A stretch of DNA of 64,000 bases from Syncephalis fuscata S228 (taxonomy: Eukaryota; Fungi; Zoopagomycota), in the NCBI GenBank assembly GCA_025786725.1, contig JAHLTZ010000002.1:868001-932000 (forward strand). The letters run 5' to 3'. How positions within the stretch are numbered: position 1 is the first letter of the stretch; every line of letters begins with the position of its first letter. Positions 15,811 to 27,471 of this stretch are shown here, one piece after another. The notes under the pieces were generated by a model. The model was not told where the DNA came from. It did not search any database and saw only the letters and a program-made list of their open reading frames with translations. Position numbers and translations under genes: made by a program.

Positions 15811-15894
15811 CAGGTTGGAGTATAGACTGTTCAGGTTAAAATTGAGACTGGTCAGGTTGAAGTAAAAACCAGGCAGGTCAAAATCAAAACTGGG
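15811..15894 (+). repeat. Degenerate 21-bp tandem repeat x4 (CAGGT-anchored)
   Basis: Units caggttggagtatagactgtt, caggttaaaattgagactggt, caggttgaagtaaaaaccagg and caggtcaaaatcaaaactggg. Confidence 0.75.
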
Positions 15895-16032
15895 AGGCAT
15901 AGTATTATACCCTGAATCTATTGGTACATGTGCATCTCAAACCACTATTTGGATTGTTTTATTGGTTCATATTACACATCAATGGTACATCTCGTATACT
16001 ACAGTATACTAGCATCTCAACATAGCCATAAG

Positions 16033-16040
16033 TATAAATA
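16033..16040 (+). promoter_or_regulatory. TATA box of the secreted peptide gene
   Basis: TATAAATA about 140 bp upstream of the ATG at 16178. Confidence 0.55.
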
Positions 16041-16177
16041 GTTCACAAAATATACACAACTAACTGCAATATTATCATCACATTTTACTTCTTACTAAAC
16101 ACACACTATTATACACTCTATACCAACCACACTCTACTATTTCTTTTATTTGTTTGTCTCAACAAGTCAATATCACC

Positions 16178-16393
16178 ATGAAGCTTTCTATTGCCGTCGT
16201 TTGCACCATTGTCGTAGCTCTTGTGGCCAGTACAGCCATGGTGGATGCTAAACCAGACTTAGTTCGTCGTGGTGCTCAAGAATGCGAGGACTGTGTGCAC
16301 ATATGCGCGAGCGCTAAGGACAGATACGGCAACAGGAACAGTGCAGATTGGTGCAGATCTGAAAGGGGTAATTGCGCGATCCCATGTCGATAA
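16178..16393 (+). CDS. Small secreted cysteine-rich prepropeptide (71 aa; 40-aa mature peptide with 6 Cys)
   Basis: Signal peptide MKLSIAVVCTIVVALVASTAMVDA, short pro-piece ending in VRR (Kex2-type site), then GAQECEDCVHICASAKDRYGNRNSADWCRSERGNCAIPCR. Good start context (cacc ATG a) and a TATA box. Confidence 0.8.
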   Translation: MKLSIAVVCTIVVALVASTAMVDAKPDLVRRGAQECEDCVHICASAKDRYGNRNSADWCRSERGNCAIPCR

Positions 16394-16765
16394 TCGATGG
16401 TTTCAAGACATCAGCATTGGTAGTGCAACCAAATCACTATTCCAATACACTTTAGGTATATATTCGGTGAAATGCAAATTATTGACAACTACGCCGATCA
16501 GTCTATTTATATATCAAGTTTTGGCCAATGCTTTGGCTTATTTAGTCTTTAACCAATGGAAGCATTATTTTATCAGCAAGTTCGCACCTAGTTGTTCCTA
16601 TTCAACTGTGCAAACTTGTAATAATAAACCTATGGTTCCATCCTAACTATATACAATCAAATTACTATATATATAATCATGTTCTATTTGCATCCAATAA
16701 TGAAATGATATTATGCTGGTATTGATATAAGGACAATTGTTGATTTTAACAATCTAGCACTAAGC

Positions 16766-17291
16766 TATGACTACTAACAACTTAATGGCTACCATCTTGT
16801 TTACGCTTATTTCTATCACCTAAGCGTTAGTAATTACTAATTAATTGCTTGCCTTAGTATAACATGAACCTGATGCTATTATAAAATAGTCAATAAATGA
16901 TTCTCCTTTTAATTATCAATTACCCCAGTTAAGCTTTTAATAGCCGAATAGCATTTTTAATTAAAGTAGATAAAATAACATATAACCAAATATATAGATA
17001 TGTTTATTATAATTCCAATAAAGCTAGTTGTTTATAGTAAATACCATTGTTAATGGAACTTGAGCCTTGTTCATATGACTGATCATGTGCCAGTAAATAC
17101 TTGTTATTTACTGGTTATGTCTTTGGATAGCTGTTTGTTTATGCTTGTTAGTACTAGTATTTAGTATATTGCTGTTGTGACTATTCACATGTTACATCGG
17201 CATGTTGTTCGATTACATGATGGATGTCATGGATCATCGTATAGTAGATGATTACATGATCATAATACCGTAATTTGATACTACAACGATA
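16766..17291 (+). mobile_element. Solo-LTR-like repeat, copy 2
   Basis: Near-identical core to copies 1 and 3; termini degenerate (TA...TA). Confidence 0.68.
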
Positions 17292-17528
17292 TTAGACATG
17301 AAGATTTATAATTATGTATATTACAATGTAATATATAGATAGAGAGCGCGTATTATTACACACTATACATATAGTGCAATGTAATAACATTCTACACACA
17401 TATATATGTTACATTAACATTAACAAAATTCGATTGTGCATAAAATTTAAAATATTTTACTACATACATTTATTCAAACAGCACAAGTAATGCGTCATTG
17501 ATACACTCCTGCACTTTCCATGGCGCTT

Positions 17529-18113
17529 TTATTTCTTCTGGAACTTCGTTTGAGCGTCAATCTGGATTTTTTCAATATTACCGCAGGCAATACGAGCACC
17601 AGATGGATCGTAAATGACGAGTGAACGACCAAGAACACTATGTTCGCCATCGCTTAGAGCAATGGTGGGATCTAGATAGGCTATGTTTTCAAACTGCACC
17701 TTTTCAGTGCTCGCAAACTTAATTTTGCCAAATTTGCCACTCATATCGCCTAGCTCACACTTGTTCAGCGTTTCCTTTGTGCACTGGGCTCCTTTCATCT
17801 TGTATGGGTCAAAATGCCCCCCTGTGGCAGCGCAGTCGCCATTCGCTGGTACCGGATTCTCGTGGACATAATAGGTGTATTCACCACATTTAGGAATTTT
17901 GCCGCCCATCGAACCATAAAAGGCTACACCCGCACCCGACTTCCATGGCCTAATGAAAAAGAAAGCTTCAAATTCATTTGCCTTAGCGCTAACATAGGCA
18001 TGCTGGAATGGAGTCATGTCCTCGGTTGTTTCGGCTGGGAGAGCTGTCACGGTCAAGCTGGTGAAAGCAAGTGCAAGCATGCAAGCGTGGAATACATTCT
18101 TGAGGCCCATCAT
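17529..18113 (-). CDS. Secreted Cu/Zn-SOD-fold protein (fungal Cu-only SOD5-like) with substituted metal ligands
   Basis: Signal peptide plus YYVHENPVPANGDCAATGGHFDP, CELGDMSGKFG and VLGRSLVIYDPSGARIACGNI. Intronless. Confidence 0.88.
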   Translation of the reverse strand: MMGLKNVFHACMLALAFTSLTVTALPAETTEDMTPFQHAYVSAKANEFEAFFFIRPWKSGAGVAFYGSMGGKIPKCGEYTYYVHENPVPANGDCAATGGHFDPYKMKGAQCTKETLNKCELGDMSGKFGKIKFASTEKVQFENIAYLDPTIALSDGEHSVLGRSLVIYDPSGARIACGNIEKIQIDAQTKFQKK

Positions 18114-18667
18114 TTTAAATATGCGTGTTGACTGGAAATAGACAGAGGCTATCAATGGAAAATGCAGACAATGGAATATGCAAAATGCTAAAATGTGTTG
18201 CTGTAGAAGCTAGGAGTGCAGATGAAAGGATACTGCGCTAACATCACCGCTAACAAGACCGGATATTTAAGTAAAGTGACGTAGTACACACACGTCACGC
18301 ATGAACAAAGAAATATCGTGTTTATTTTATGTGCTGCTAAGGCCTGGCTTTATTATCTTTGTTTATTTAAAAATAGAATGCACAGCTCATTGTTCAAAAT
18401 TTGTGCATGTCATTTATCACACTAATTTGGTAGAACAATCAACTTACTGAGTAAATCATTGGCTTTCTATTTTCCATTGATAACTAAAGCTGATAATGTT
18501 ACAAAATCATACACTGTTGTAGCAATGCGATAACAGTCAACGAGCTAGCACGTTTGCCTAACTGAAACAGAAAATATATTATAAATAAAATAACAGCGTA
18601 GATTAGAGTGTTGAGGGAGTAAAAATGATAGTATTTAATTAATAATAATGTCAAAGTACTTGTATAT

Positions 18668-19190
18668 TGTAACGACTAGCAACTTAATGGCCACCGCCTT
18701 GTTTATATTTCTATCATTTAATCGTTAGTGACTACTGATTAATTGCTTGCCTTAGTATAACATGAACCTGATGCTATTATAAAATAGTCAATAACTGATT
18801 CTCCTTTTAATTATCAATTACCCCAGTTAAGCTTTTAATAGCCGAATAGCATTTTTAATTAAAGTAGATAAAATAACATATAACCAAATATATAGATATG
18901 TTTATTATAATTCCAATAAAGCTAGTTGTTTATAGTAAATACCATTGTTAATGGAACTTGAGCCTTGTTCATATGACTGATCATGTGCCAGTAAATACTT
19001 GTTATTTACTGGTTATGTCTTTGGATAGCTGTTTGTTTATGATTGTTAGTACTAGTATTTAGTATATTGCTGTTGTGACTATTCACATGTTACCATCGGC
19101 ATGTTGTTCGATTACATGATGGATGTCATGCATCATCGTATAGTAGATGATTACATAGTCATAATACTGTAATTTGGTACTGTAACAACA
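18668..19190 (+). mobile_element. Solo-LTR-like repeat, copy 3
   Basis: TGTAACGAC...GTAACAACA termini; the flanks TATAT/TTTAT resemble a decayed 5-bp target-site duplication. Confidence 0.72.
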
Positions 19191-20327
19191 TTTATTCATT
19201 TAACGGCAATAAAGTGTTTGTAAAATTTTGTCATTCCAGAATTTGCCGATATTTATTAATAAAGAAAATTCAATAATTTTTTTATATTTTATTATGTTCG
19301 CTAAGCACTGCATCATCAAGTATAATAAGTAGCATCTTTTTGCAGTTTTCAGTTTATTAAATATAACTATTTTTATTATCGACGTTAGACTGGGCAATTA
19401 AATTGATATGTGCAATTAATGGGCATAGAAATTAAAGGTATACGTCACCTTTATATTCCTAGTACACGAATGGCATCCTATAATATAAATACGCCTATAA
19501 TTGTCTATTTTAAATTAGCTTATGCATAAATCTGTCTTTAAACGTATCGTGTAACTGTATTTCTATTGTTATGGATTGCAGTTGCATGATTAATCTACGC
19601 AGTAATATATTTTATTGCTACTAATACTTTATTATTGTGATAGACTTGAATTGGGCTATTATAATATTACTTTTGCAATAAACACTGCTATGGTAAACTT
19701 GATACTTGTGCTACACCATTGAAATACTAAATAGTATATGCACTGCACTCTTAATACTTTGACCATATATTTAATACATTAGTGGCATATGAAATAAACA
19801 AATTGTTTAAAAAACTTTCTGACAAAATGTATGACACAAAAATATTGGTTCTTGAAATAAATGTTTGCGTGGCATTTATTTTTGCACTGTCAGTAAAATC
19901 ATCATTGCATTGACTGTGGTCGCTGATTGGCCCATATATCCTTTGTTAGTGCATAGCCAATAGCAATGGCCGACCATTGTGAGCCTAACGCAAGCTATGT
20001 TAATTGCAAAGGTTGCTATCAAAATTGCACCATTAGTATCTTTTCTAATGGAAAACTGAATATTACATTTGTGACTAATTTAGATATACATATAGGCTGT
20101 TTGTGTTTCACTGATTGGACATGATGATAATTGCATATGATGTCAGACAAAGAAGTTGGCATTGCGTTGAAAATCACCTATTTGTTGCATGTGCAACCAT
20201 TAAACCTGTATGTAATGCTAAAATTCAAAGGTCTTCACTGTTAAATACACAGCCGCATGGTAGTTCGTCAACAGTTCACGCTTCGCCTTTCTTTGTCTAT
20301 ATTCGCCACTATTTTGCTCTATTGACC

Positions 20328-22345
20328 ATGTACGCATTTTCGTTAAAATGTACTTGTTTATTAGTCTTTTGGACACTTTTTTGCGCCAATATTGGCAAAG
20401 CAAAGCTTATAGCAAATTTGTACAACAATGCTACAACTGTAGAGTTTCCGACACTCAACTACTTTCTCTATCGGCAGCCCCACTATTTTTACAATGGCGT
20501 AGCTATTGAATGGATGTTTAAAGAAAATAGCACAAACTGTAACTTTGCAACTACCAATAGGATGAAGTCGTCTTTACCCAGCATAAGCGACATCAAAGCA
20601 CGCAATATAACGCTAGCTATTGCCGTAAGAATCGGCATTGCTAATCATTTTGGCTGCCAAACAATTGCCCAGGTAAGTGGTGTACCATCTAATCTTCATC
20701 TATCTATATCTATGCATACCAACATTTGGATAGCTTGGTGCGGCGGTGGAAGCAACGTCAAACGAACTGATACAAGCTGGATATCCGTCGTTTAAGCTTA
20801 TTATAATCAGCTCTGCTAGTAATCATACTACAGATTGGGGCCCCGACACTATGGAATATTATACGAAAAATCCATCAATCATATCTGACGGTCCACCTCC
20901 AATCCCCGTCACGCTGCTAGATCATATTCGAAGTCTAGACTTGGATAATTCCTTACGAATGGCACCTACCTTTGGGTTTACAGCTGAACCAGGTAGGCAA
21001 TAGCAAACAGGCCATTAAAATTATAGTAATACAACATTAAACTTAAGAACCTGGGCCATGGAACAAGGTATTTCTTTCAGTTGAATATATTTCTCGTCAG
21101 TGGATGTACTTTATCATTGTAGGTTAAGCCGGTGATTCAATAAAAATTAACTAAAATTATTTCACCACCTTTAGATCTCAATATCAATAATATACGCATA
21201 TGCTCGTTTACTGCGACTACTACTACTTCGCCGACTAAAGAAAGATATTAGAATAGTTGTATTTTGCATAACATTCGTATACTGTATTAGTAAGTAGTAC
21301 ACTGACTATATCCCAGTGCTTGATTATTAATCAAGAATCCCTCAGCATTGTTATATGTCATCATCATACCATTTAATAATTTTACAGGCAAGTTTCTCGA
21401 TATACTCAACGATACATTATCCAAAGTCCCTTTTGATTTTGTTCTACTATACTGGTATGATATAAGCAGTCGTATTTAACACATACTAATGTTTCCATCA
21501 ATTTACTTAAGGTCTTATGTTGTCAAACCTTTATTTGCACATTGGGTCATTATAGGTTTTCGAACAATCGTCGTACTTGATTTGTTTTCAAACGTTATAT
21601 CTTTTATGCTTCGCCTTCTTGCGCTTTATCAAATGTTTCTAATTGATCCAAAGTACAGCATTGATGTATCTTTAAATCATATCGAAAATCCAAGCAATTA
21701 CATTGACACAACTATATTTGGCGGGCTTTGTAAGTAACAGTAGCATATCATATAATATTGAACACTAAAAAGGCACCAATGTATAGCATTATGGTTTGGA
21801 TGGAGTATTTATCGAATGCGAAAAGATGAAGTAATTCAAAAACAATTTATTAAGGTAATTACGACCAAACTTATTTACTTTTATCGTGGATATTAATATA
21901 GCTACTTCAGTTTACAACCTTTACAATGCTGGCTTTCTTCACATTTCTGTTATCTGAAATAGAGAAAACACAACTTATCAACAATCAATATGTCACGGTT
22001 AAGCGATACGCCACTCACCATATCGTCAGCGACACGGTCTATCTTATCCGAGCACTGATGTTTCTATCGTTCTTTGGCATTATCTGGCCGCGGAAGAAAC
22101 CGAAAACAAGGGCGCGTACACGCACTGACGACATGATTAGTCCATCACTGTACAATGACTGGAGCGAGGAGATAGAAAAGGATAAGATTTCATATAATCA
22201 ACAAGACATGTCCGATCGCTTTAGCAAGTTCGATCAGCTTAGCAAATCCGATAAAAGTACGGCAAGAACATCAGTCAAAATCATTTCGGCACAGTTCAGC
22301 CATTTTGATGCACCCAGCGAATTCAATGAATATATGTATCGTTAA
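20328..22345 (+). CDS. Uncharacterised signal peptide + ectodomain + 7-transmembrane receptor-like protein (paralog A), multi-exon
   Basis: Signal peptide, ~200-aa N-glycosylatable ectodomain, EPGPWN hinge, seven hydrophobic segments after splicing, and a charged C-terminal tail. Homologous to the gene at 43453-45362. Confidence 0.75.
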
Positions 22346-22437
22346 ATAATTATTAAATAATTGTGTTGAATTATATTATACGGGTCATTTGTATTATTCT
22401 TAACAGTTTATAGCTATTCTGCCTAGCGGCAATTTTA

Positions 22438-24253
22438 TTAGTTGTTGTTATTAGCGTTAAAATAAAAAACCACTGCAAATGGCAACAGCACACTGGTGAT
22501 CAATATCATCAACGGCTCAAATAGCGAATGCTCTTTCGATTTGGGCAATTTAGCCAGATCAGTCAGCATTTTGTTTAATCTATTAACAAATGCCGTAAGT
22601 GTAAATTGGCGGCGTACCCAACCGCGCCCCTGTTCGCCTAAAGCGGTTGATGCTTTTTGAGGCAAAGATGACAAATGGCCGCTGCAAACTCGGCCGAATC
22701 CGCTTTACACAAATAGCCGGTCTTGCCGTCAAGTACAGTCTCAGTGGGGCCGCCATCGGCCACTGCCACTACAGGAAGTCGGGCGTACATCGCTTCAACT
22801 GGTACAATGCCAAAATGTTCACCACTTGGGGTATAAAGCAAACAACGAGCCGTTTCCAACAAATAACTACGTTGAATTTCATCAAAGGATGGAAGAAAGA
22901 CTACTTGGGCATCATTTGGTGTTGCCGCCGTGTGATCCCATACTGTATAGGTTGTTAAATGATAATCTGTACTAGCCAACTCATCTAGTTCTTTAAGATA
23001 CTCGACATTCTCAATAACGCGTTTATCATAACCGCCTAGAATAGAATAGCTGTTAGTATACAATTGATAAATTCAATACACTGTTAATATGGACTGACCA
23101 GCAACAATCAATCGCAGTTGCTTGAATTCCTCTTCAGATACAAGTGCATCATCTCTTAGTTTAGCAAATGCTTGAATAGCGAGTGCAATATTCTTCTTTC
23201 GTTCAAACCGATTTACTGATACAATTGTCGTACGTTCACTAGCCATTATAACGATTAAATTAACTACAAATTAATATTACTAAATAGCATACAAATGCCC
23301 AACTTACGTTTTAAGTGGTGCCAATGTAGTAGCCTCTGGATTAATTGGACGGTCGTAGGCATCTAAACGAATGCCTGGATAAAGTACTTGCGGTTTATGT
23401 GATATCCGAGTAAAGGTTTGTTTGAATACACCGGCCGTAAATTGACTATTAACAGCAATACTATCAGCCATACCTATATATCCACACTATTGTAAGTAGC
23501 AAATAGTTGAATTAATATTAATATATACCCGTTGTCACTTCTTCGAATACATCTACCGGCCAACGATATAGTTTCTTAAGTAATCCACGTCGATTTGATA
23601 AAAGTAAATCAGGAAAATGGCAATAGAAGAATACCTAGTCCATAATATCCATTATAACGTCATTTAACACGAATAAACAATACACACACATATATATATA
23701 TATATATACTACTCATTAATCAACTTACCCGTGCACCAGCATATTTGAGAATAGGAATCCAAGCGGAACTTGATCACAAAATACAACATCTGCCTCTCTT
23801 AATGCACCTATGAGCGTGACCACCATAGCAAGGTAAATACCGCGTAGAATGGCACACAGCACCATAAATCGACCAAAAATACTACGCGGTAAAAAGTCGC
23901 CATAAACGTTTACTTCAAGCGTGCCTAAATAACAGCATTCAACATAAATACCAGCTACATTCTTGGTATTCATAACTAGCTAATTACTTACCGTCGCGTG
24001 TCTCTTCAAAACAGTGCGTAACGTCATGATGACTCGTATAGATGGTGACTGTATGGCCAATCGCTTGTAAGCCTACAGCGGCATCGACGACTAGCCGTTC
24101 TGCACCGCCTAAATAGTCGTCATCGCGCACCCACCACCGTAACTATATGTAAGCACATGCGTATTACTACGTCCCATTTCTTACCAATACCAAGATCGGA
24201 TGAAGGATTAGAACGCGCAAAGGAGCGGGATTGGTTGTTTGACTATTCTTCAT
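22438..24253 (-). CDS. ALG2: Alpha-1,3/1,6-mannosyltransferase ALG2, multi-exon (two apparent 1-nt deletions)
   Basis: HPDLGIGGAERLVVDAA, CFEETRDG, FYCHFPDLLL, NRFERKKNIALAI and LYTPSGEHFGIVPVEAM. Frame breaks at ~24198 and ~22674. Confidence 0.93.
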
Positions 24254-24954
24254 TGGATAGTTAGTAGTATAAAGATCATTAATAAGAATAATACTAATAA
24301 GTATGGCTATATGCCTATTATGTAGAATAAAACATTTGTAATGTGCACACATTTATTATAGATCAATGATGGTAACCTAGTCCATGCCCATATGTTTCCA
24401 ATTACACGTGGATCTATTGTTTCAAATAGACAACATAGAGACAAATATAATCTTGTATTCAATATCAATCCACGAAAATTTTAATTTCTGTCTTCTTGTT
24501 ATGAACGTGTACTCAATCCTATGCACACACAAAACTTGATGGCGTACACATGCATACATGTACAGAAAAGAAAACTTGTAGCTGCGTGTCAATGGGAACC
24601 TCGTATGTAAACTACGACGGTTGAGTAGATGAATGAATGAATGATAGATGTGTGCGTGTATGTATGTGTGAGCGATTGATGAATGATAAGGATTGATGGA
24701 TTGAATAAATGAATATGTAAATGAATGTACGAGTGAACAAGTAAATATTCAGTCAAATGATAATAATCGATGTTATTTATGAAATAGTGTGATGACGACA
24801 ACGACGCTCACTTCTACCATTAAACAGCATATGCCTTATCTCGTGTATACAGATAAACCCCCAGCGCACCAGTCGAACCATCAAGGCGGGCTTCGTGAAG
24901 CTATAGAAAGAGACGAGAGGCATGTTGTAAAACGATAGAATACATGAATGCAGA

Positions 24955-24977
24955 ATGTGTGTGTGTGTGTGTGTGTG
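24955..24977. repeat. (TG)n microsatellite
   Basis: About 11 TG units downstream of the Vts1 gene. Confidence 0.85.
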
Positions 24978-25313
24978 ATGGAAATAGAAGAGAAACCAGG
25001 AGAGAGAGATGAATGAACAAATACATAACTGTTAATAATTAGTTATGTAATAGTAAAATTAGAATAGTAGCAATAATGTTAATGATCGTGGCAAATGAAA
25101 ATAAAGAAAAAATATAACGATGGTGATAATGACAGCGTGTAATATACGTAATGAAATCTATGCCTATAATACTATGTGAATACATCATCTAGACAATGAT
25201 ATAAATATAATTGACTAGTGAATACACAAGTATATAGAGAGATTTACACGCATATTATACACGTTCTATTATTCTCCTATGGCCACGTCATTCGTTCATT
25301 GTATCTATTCTTT

Positions 25314-27471
25314 CTAGACTTGAATACCCTTGGATTCTGCCTCTAATAGTACCGTCTCGAATACTTTAAGCATCTTGCGTCGAGCACCTAGTGCGGCCAC
25401 ACCTTTATCCGACAGCTGTTGGTCATCCAATTTAACTAGTTCGCGCCACGTCATCGTTTCAAACAGTGGCGTGTATTTGTGAAGACGCATGCTACGGAAC
25501 CAGGCCGAAATATCTTCCAACACAGCAAAGTCAACTGGTTCTTGTGGCTTTGGTGACTTTTCACCGGCCTCTAAAGCACTTTCAGCGGTCGTGGCGCGTT
25601 TCTTTGCGTCTTTAAGTCCCAATTTGGCACTCTTATTACTTAGCATACGACTAATAGCCGCAGCTTCTTTACTATTAACCTTTGTATCCATCAATCGACC
25701 ATCTGACAATAGACCAGCTGAAAAGTCGCGTAGCATTGTTGACTTTTTCGGATTGGGGTCCCAATGATGCATGGTAACTGGCGTTGGCGTAGTTGGAGTA
25801 GCACCAGAGAATAGACCAGGCGGCAACGCCGGAGAGGCCGCAGCACGTAGACCCATGTTTCTAATTGGATCTGCCGTCAATGGTTCACGATGCATAAATT
25901 TACCGGTTGGTGTACGTGCACTGCCAGGTGGACGAGCAAAGAAGTTGCGTTCTTGGTCGCCACCAGCAGGTGGTGGACCCAATGGTGCACGTGAAGCAAA
26001 TACTTGACCAAATTTCGCACTTTGTGGCCAGTTTTTACCATTGGCCATGTTTGGATTCAATTGATTCGGAGTATTTTGGGCCGGTGTTGCACCTGGACGA
26101 TCCGCTTCAGCAGCTGAACGGGGACGTTCAATTGTTTTTGCCATTTCAGAGAAGGTTGAGAAGGTTGGCGTCAATGGCTGCCATTTACCAGAAGCGGCGG
26201 CGGCAGCAGCAGCAGCAGCGGTAGCTGCATCTAACTCGTGATTATCACCGCCTAAACGGCTGATAGCAGATGGCAAATCGCTATAAGTGGCGCTATCCAG
26301 TCCACCGGTGCGTAGAGCTGGTGAAATGCCATTATGCGACCAGCGCTGCTGCTGTTGCTGGAACGTACCCAATTGCGCAGTTTTTGGACGTACATTATAA
26401 AGAGCCGATGTACGGTTTGACGTCTCTTTGAATGGCTGCGCAGTCATTGGTGCATTTACCGTTGGACGAGTAGGCGACATATAGTCTGGCGATGGTTCTT
26501 CGCCGTACATACGTGCATACTTCTCATTGGTACCGGTGATGGTAAGTTGCGGCTTACCAGGAATACGACGATTGCGATTCTTATTTTATCTGCACCGGCA
26601 TTTCTAGCGGCATTTGCATTTTCACGACGAATAAGTTGCTGTAAAAAGGCGACAAAAAAGCCTTGTTGGACACGCGTGGTATGTTGCAACAAACTGTATA
26701 GTGTGGCGGTACGCTCAGCTTCCGACAACACTTGGAACCATTGCTCGATGGCATTTAGCTCGTCCTTGAAGTTTTGATCTAGACTAGCACGTGCCATCGC
26801 CTCCATGGTCTCTTCATAACTGGCCAGATCGTCGAACCAGCGATCAATAGCCTCAGCTGCAATTATTAATAAAATACAATCAATTGTTAGTAAATATTGC
26901 TGGTATTACATATTACTTCAAATGACCCATCCTATTTGCACTATATGCACCATAGTTGCTGTGTAACAGTATCAACCAAAGAGGCAACCAACTTTATCGG
27001 CATCGGTCATTTCATTCATAGCACACAAATAACTTGTGCCGATCCATCCATACACACACATATATATCCACACACACATACACATACATACGCATACACA
27101 CACACAAATGATCCATCATGCATATACCCACACGACATACAAGTCGTGTGATCATAACTGTCCCAAATACTCATTAATATTCGTACATGCGGTAGCATGC
27201 AAATATCACCATGGCACTTTATAGTTAGTCATCGTCCGCTTACCTTCAGAAGATTTTGGCATATCCTTGGAAATGATTTCTGATACAGGGCGTTGGTGGT
27301 GCACGGCTGAATCCACGGTGGCACCATTGGTCATATGGCTCATATGACTGCCATTAGCACCAGTGTCGGCTTTGCCAATAGTGCTGCATCCTTAACGGCA
27401 GCGGCAACATCGGAGAACGCAAACGTATCCGATACTGGACGCTGCGCAGGCGGCGGTTGAGCTGCAGACAT
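25314..27471 (-). CDS. VTS1: Vts1/Smaug-family RNA-binding SAM-domain protein (two apparent 1-nt deletions)
   Basis: [55 protein letters not shown], and the C-terminal SAM domain [19 protein letters not shown]...[15 protein letters not shown]. Confidence 0.9.

Noticed and set aside
13879-17291. Intact LTR retrotransposon or TRIM formed by repeat copies 1 and 2 (or 2 and 3)
   Set aside because: No gag/pol remnants, no TGG primer-binding site or polypurine tract, and no target-site duplication shared across the pairs.
22670-22680. Programmed ribosomal frameshifting in ALG2 and other genes
   Set aside because: No shared slippery heptamer or stimulatory structure; the pattern fits homopolymer sequencing deletions.
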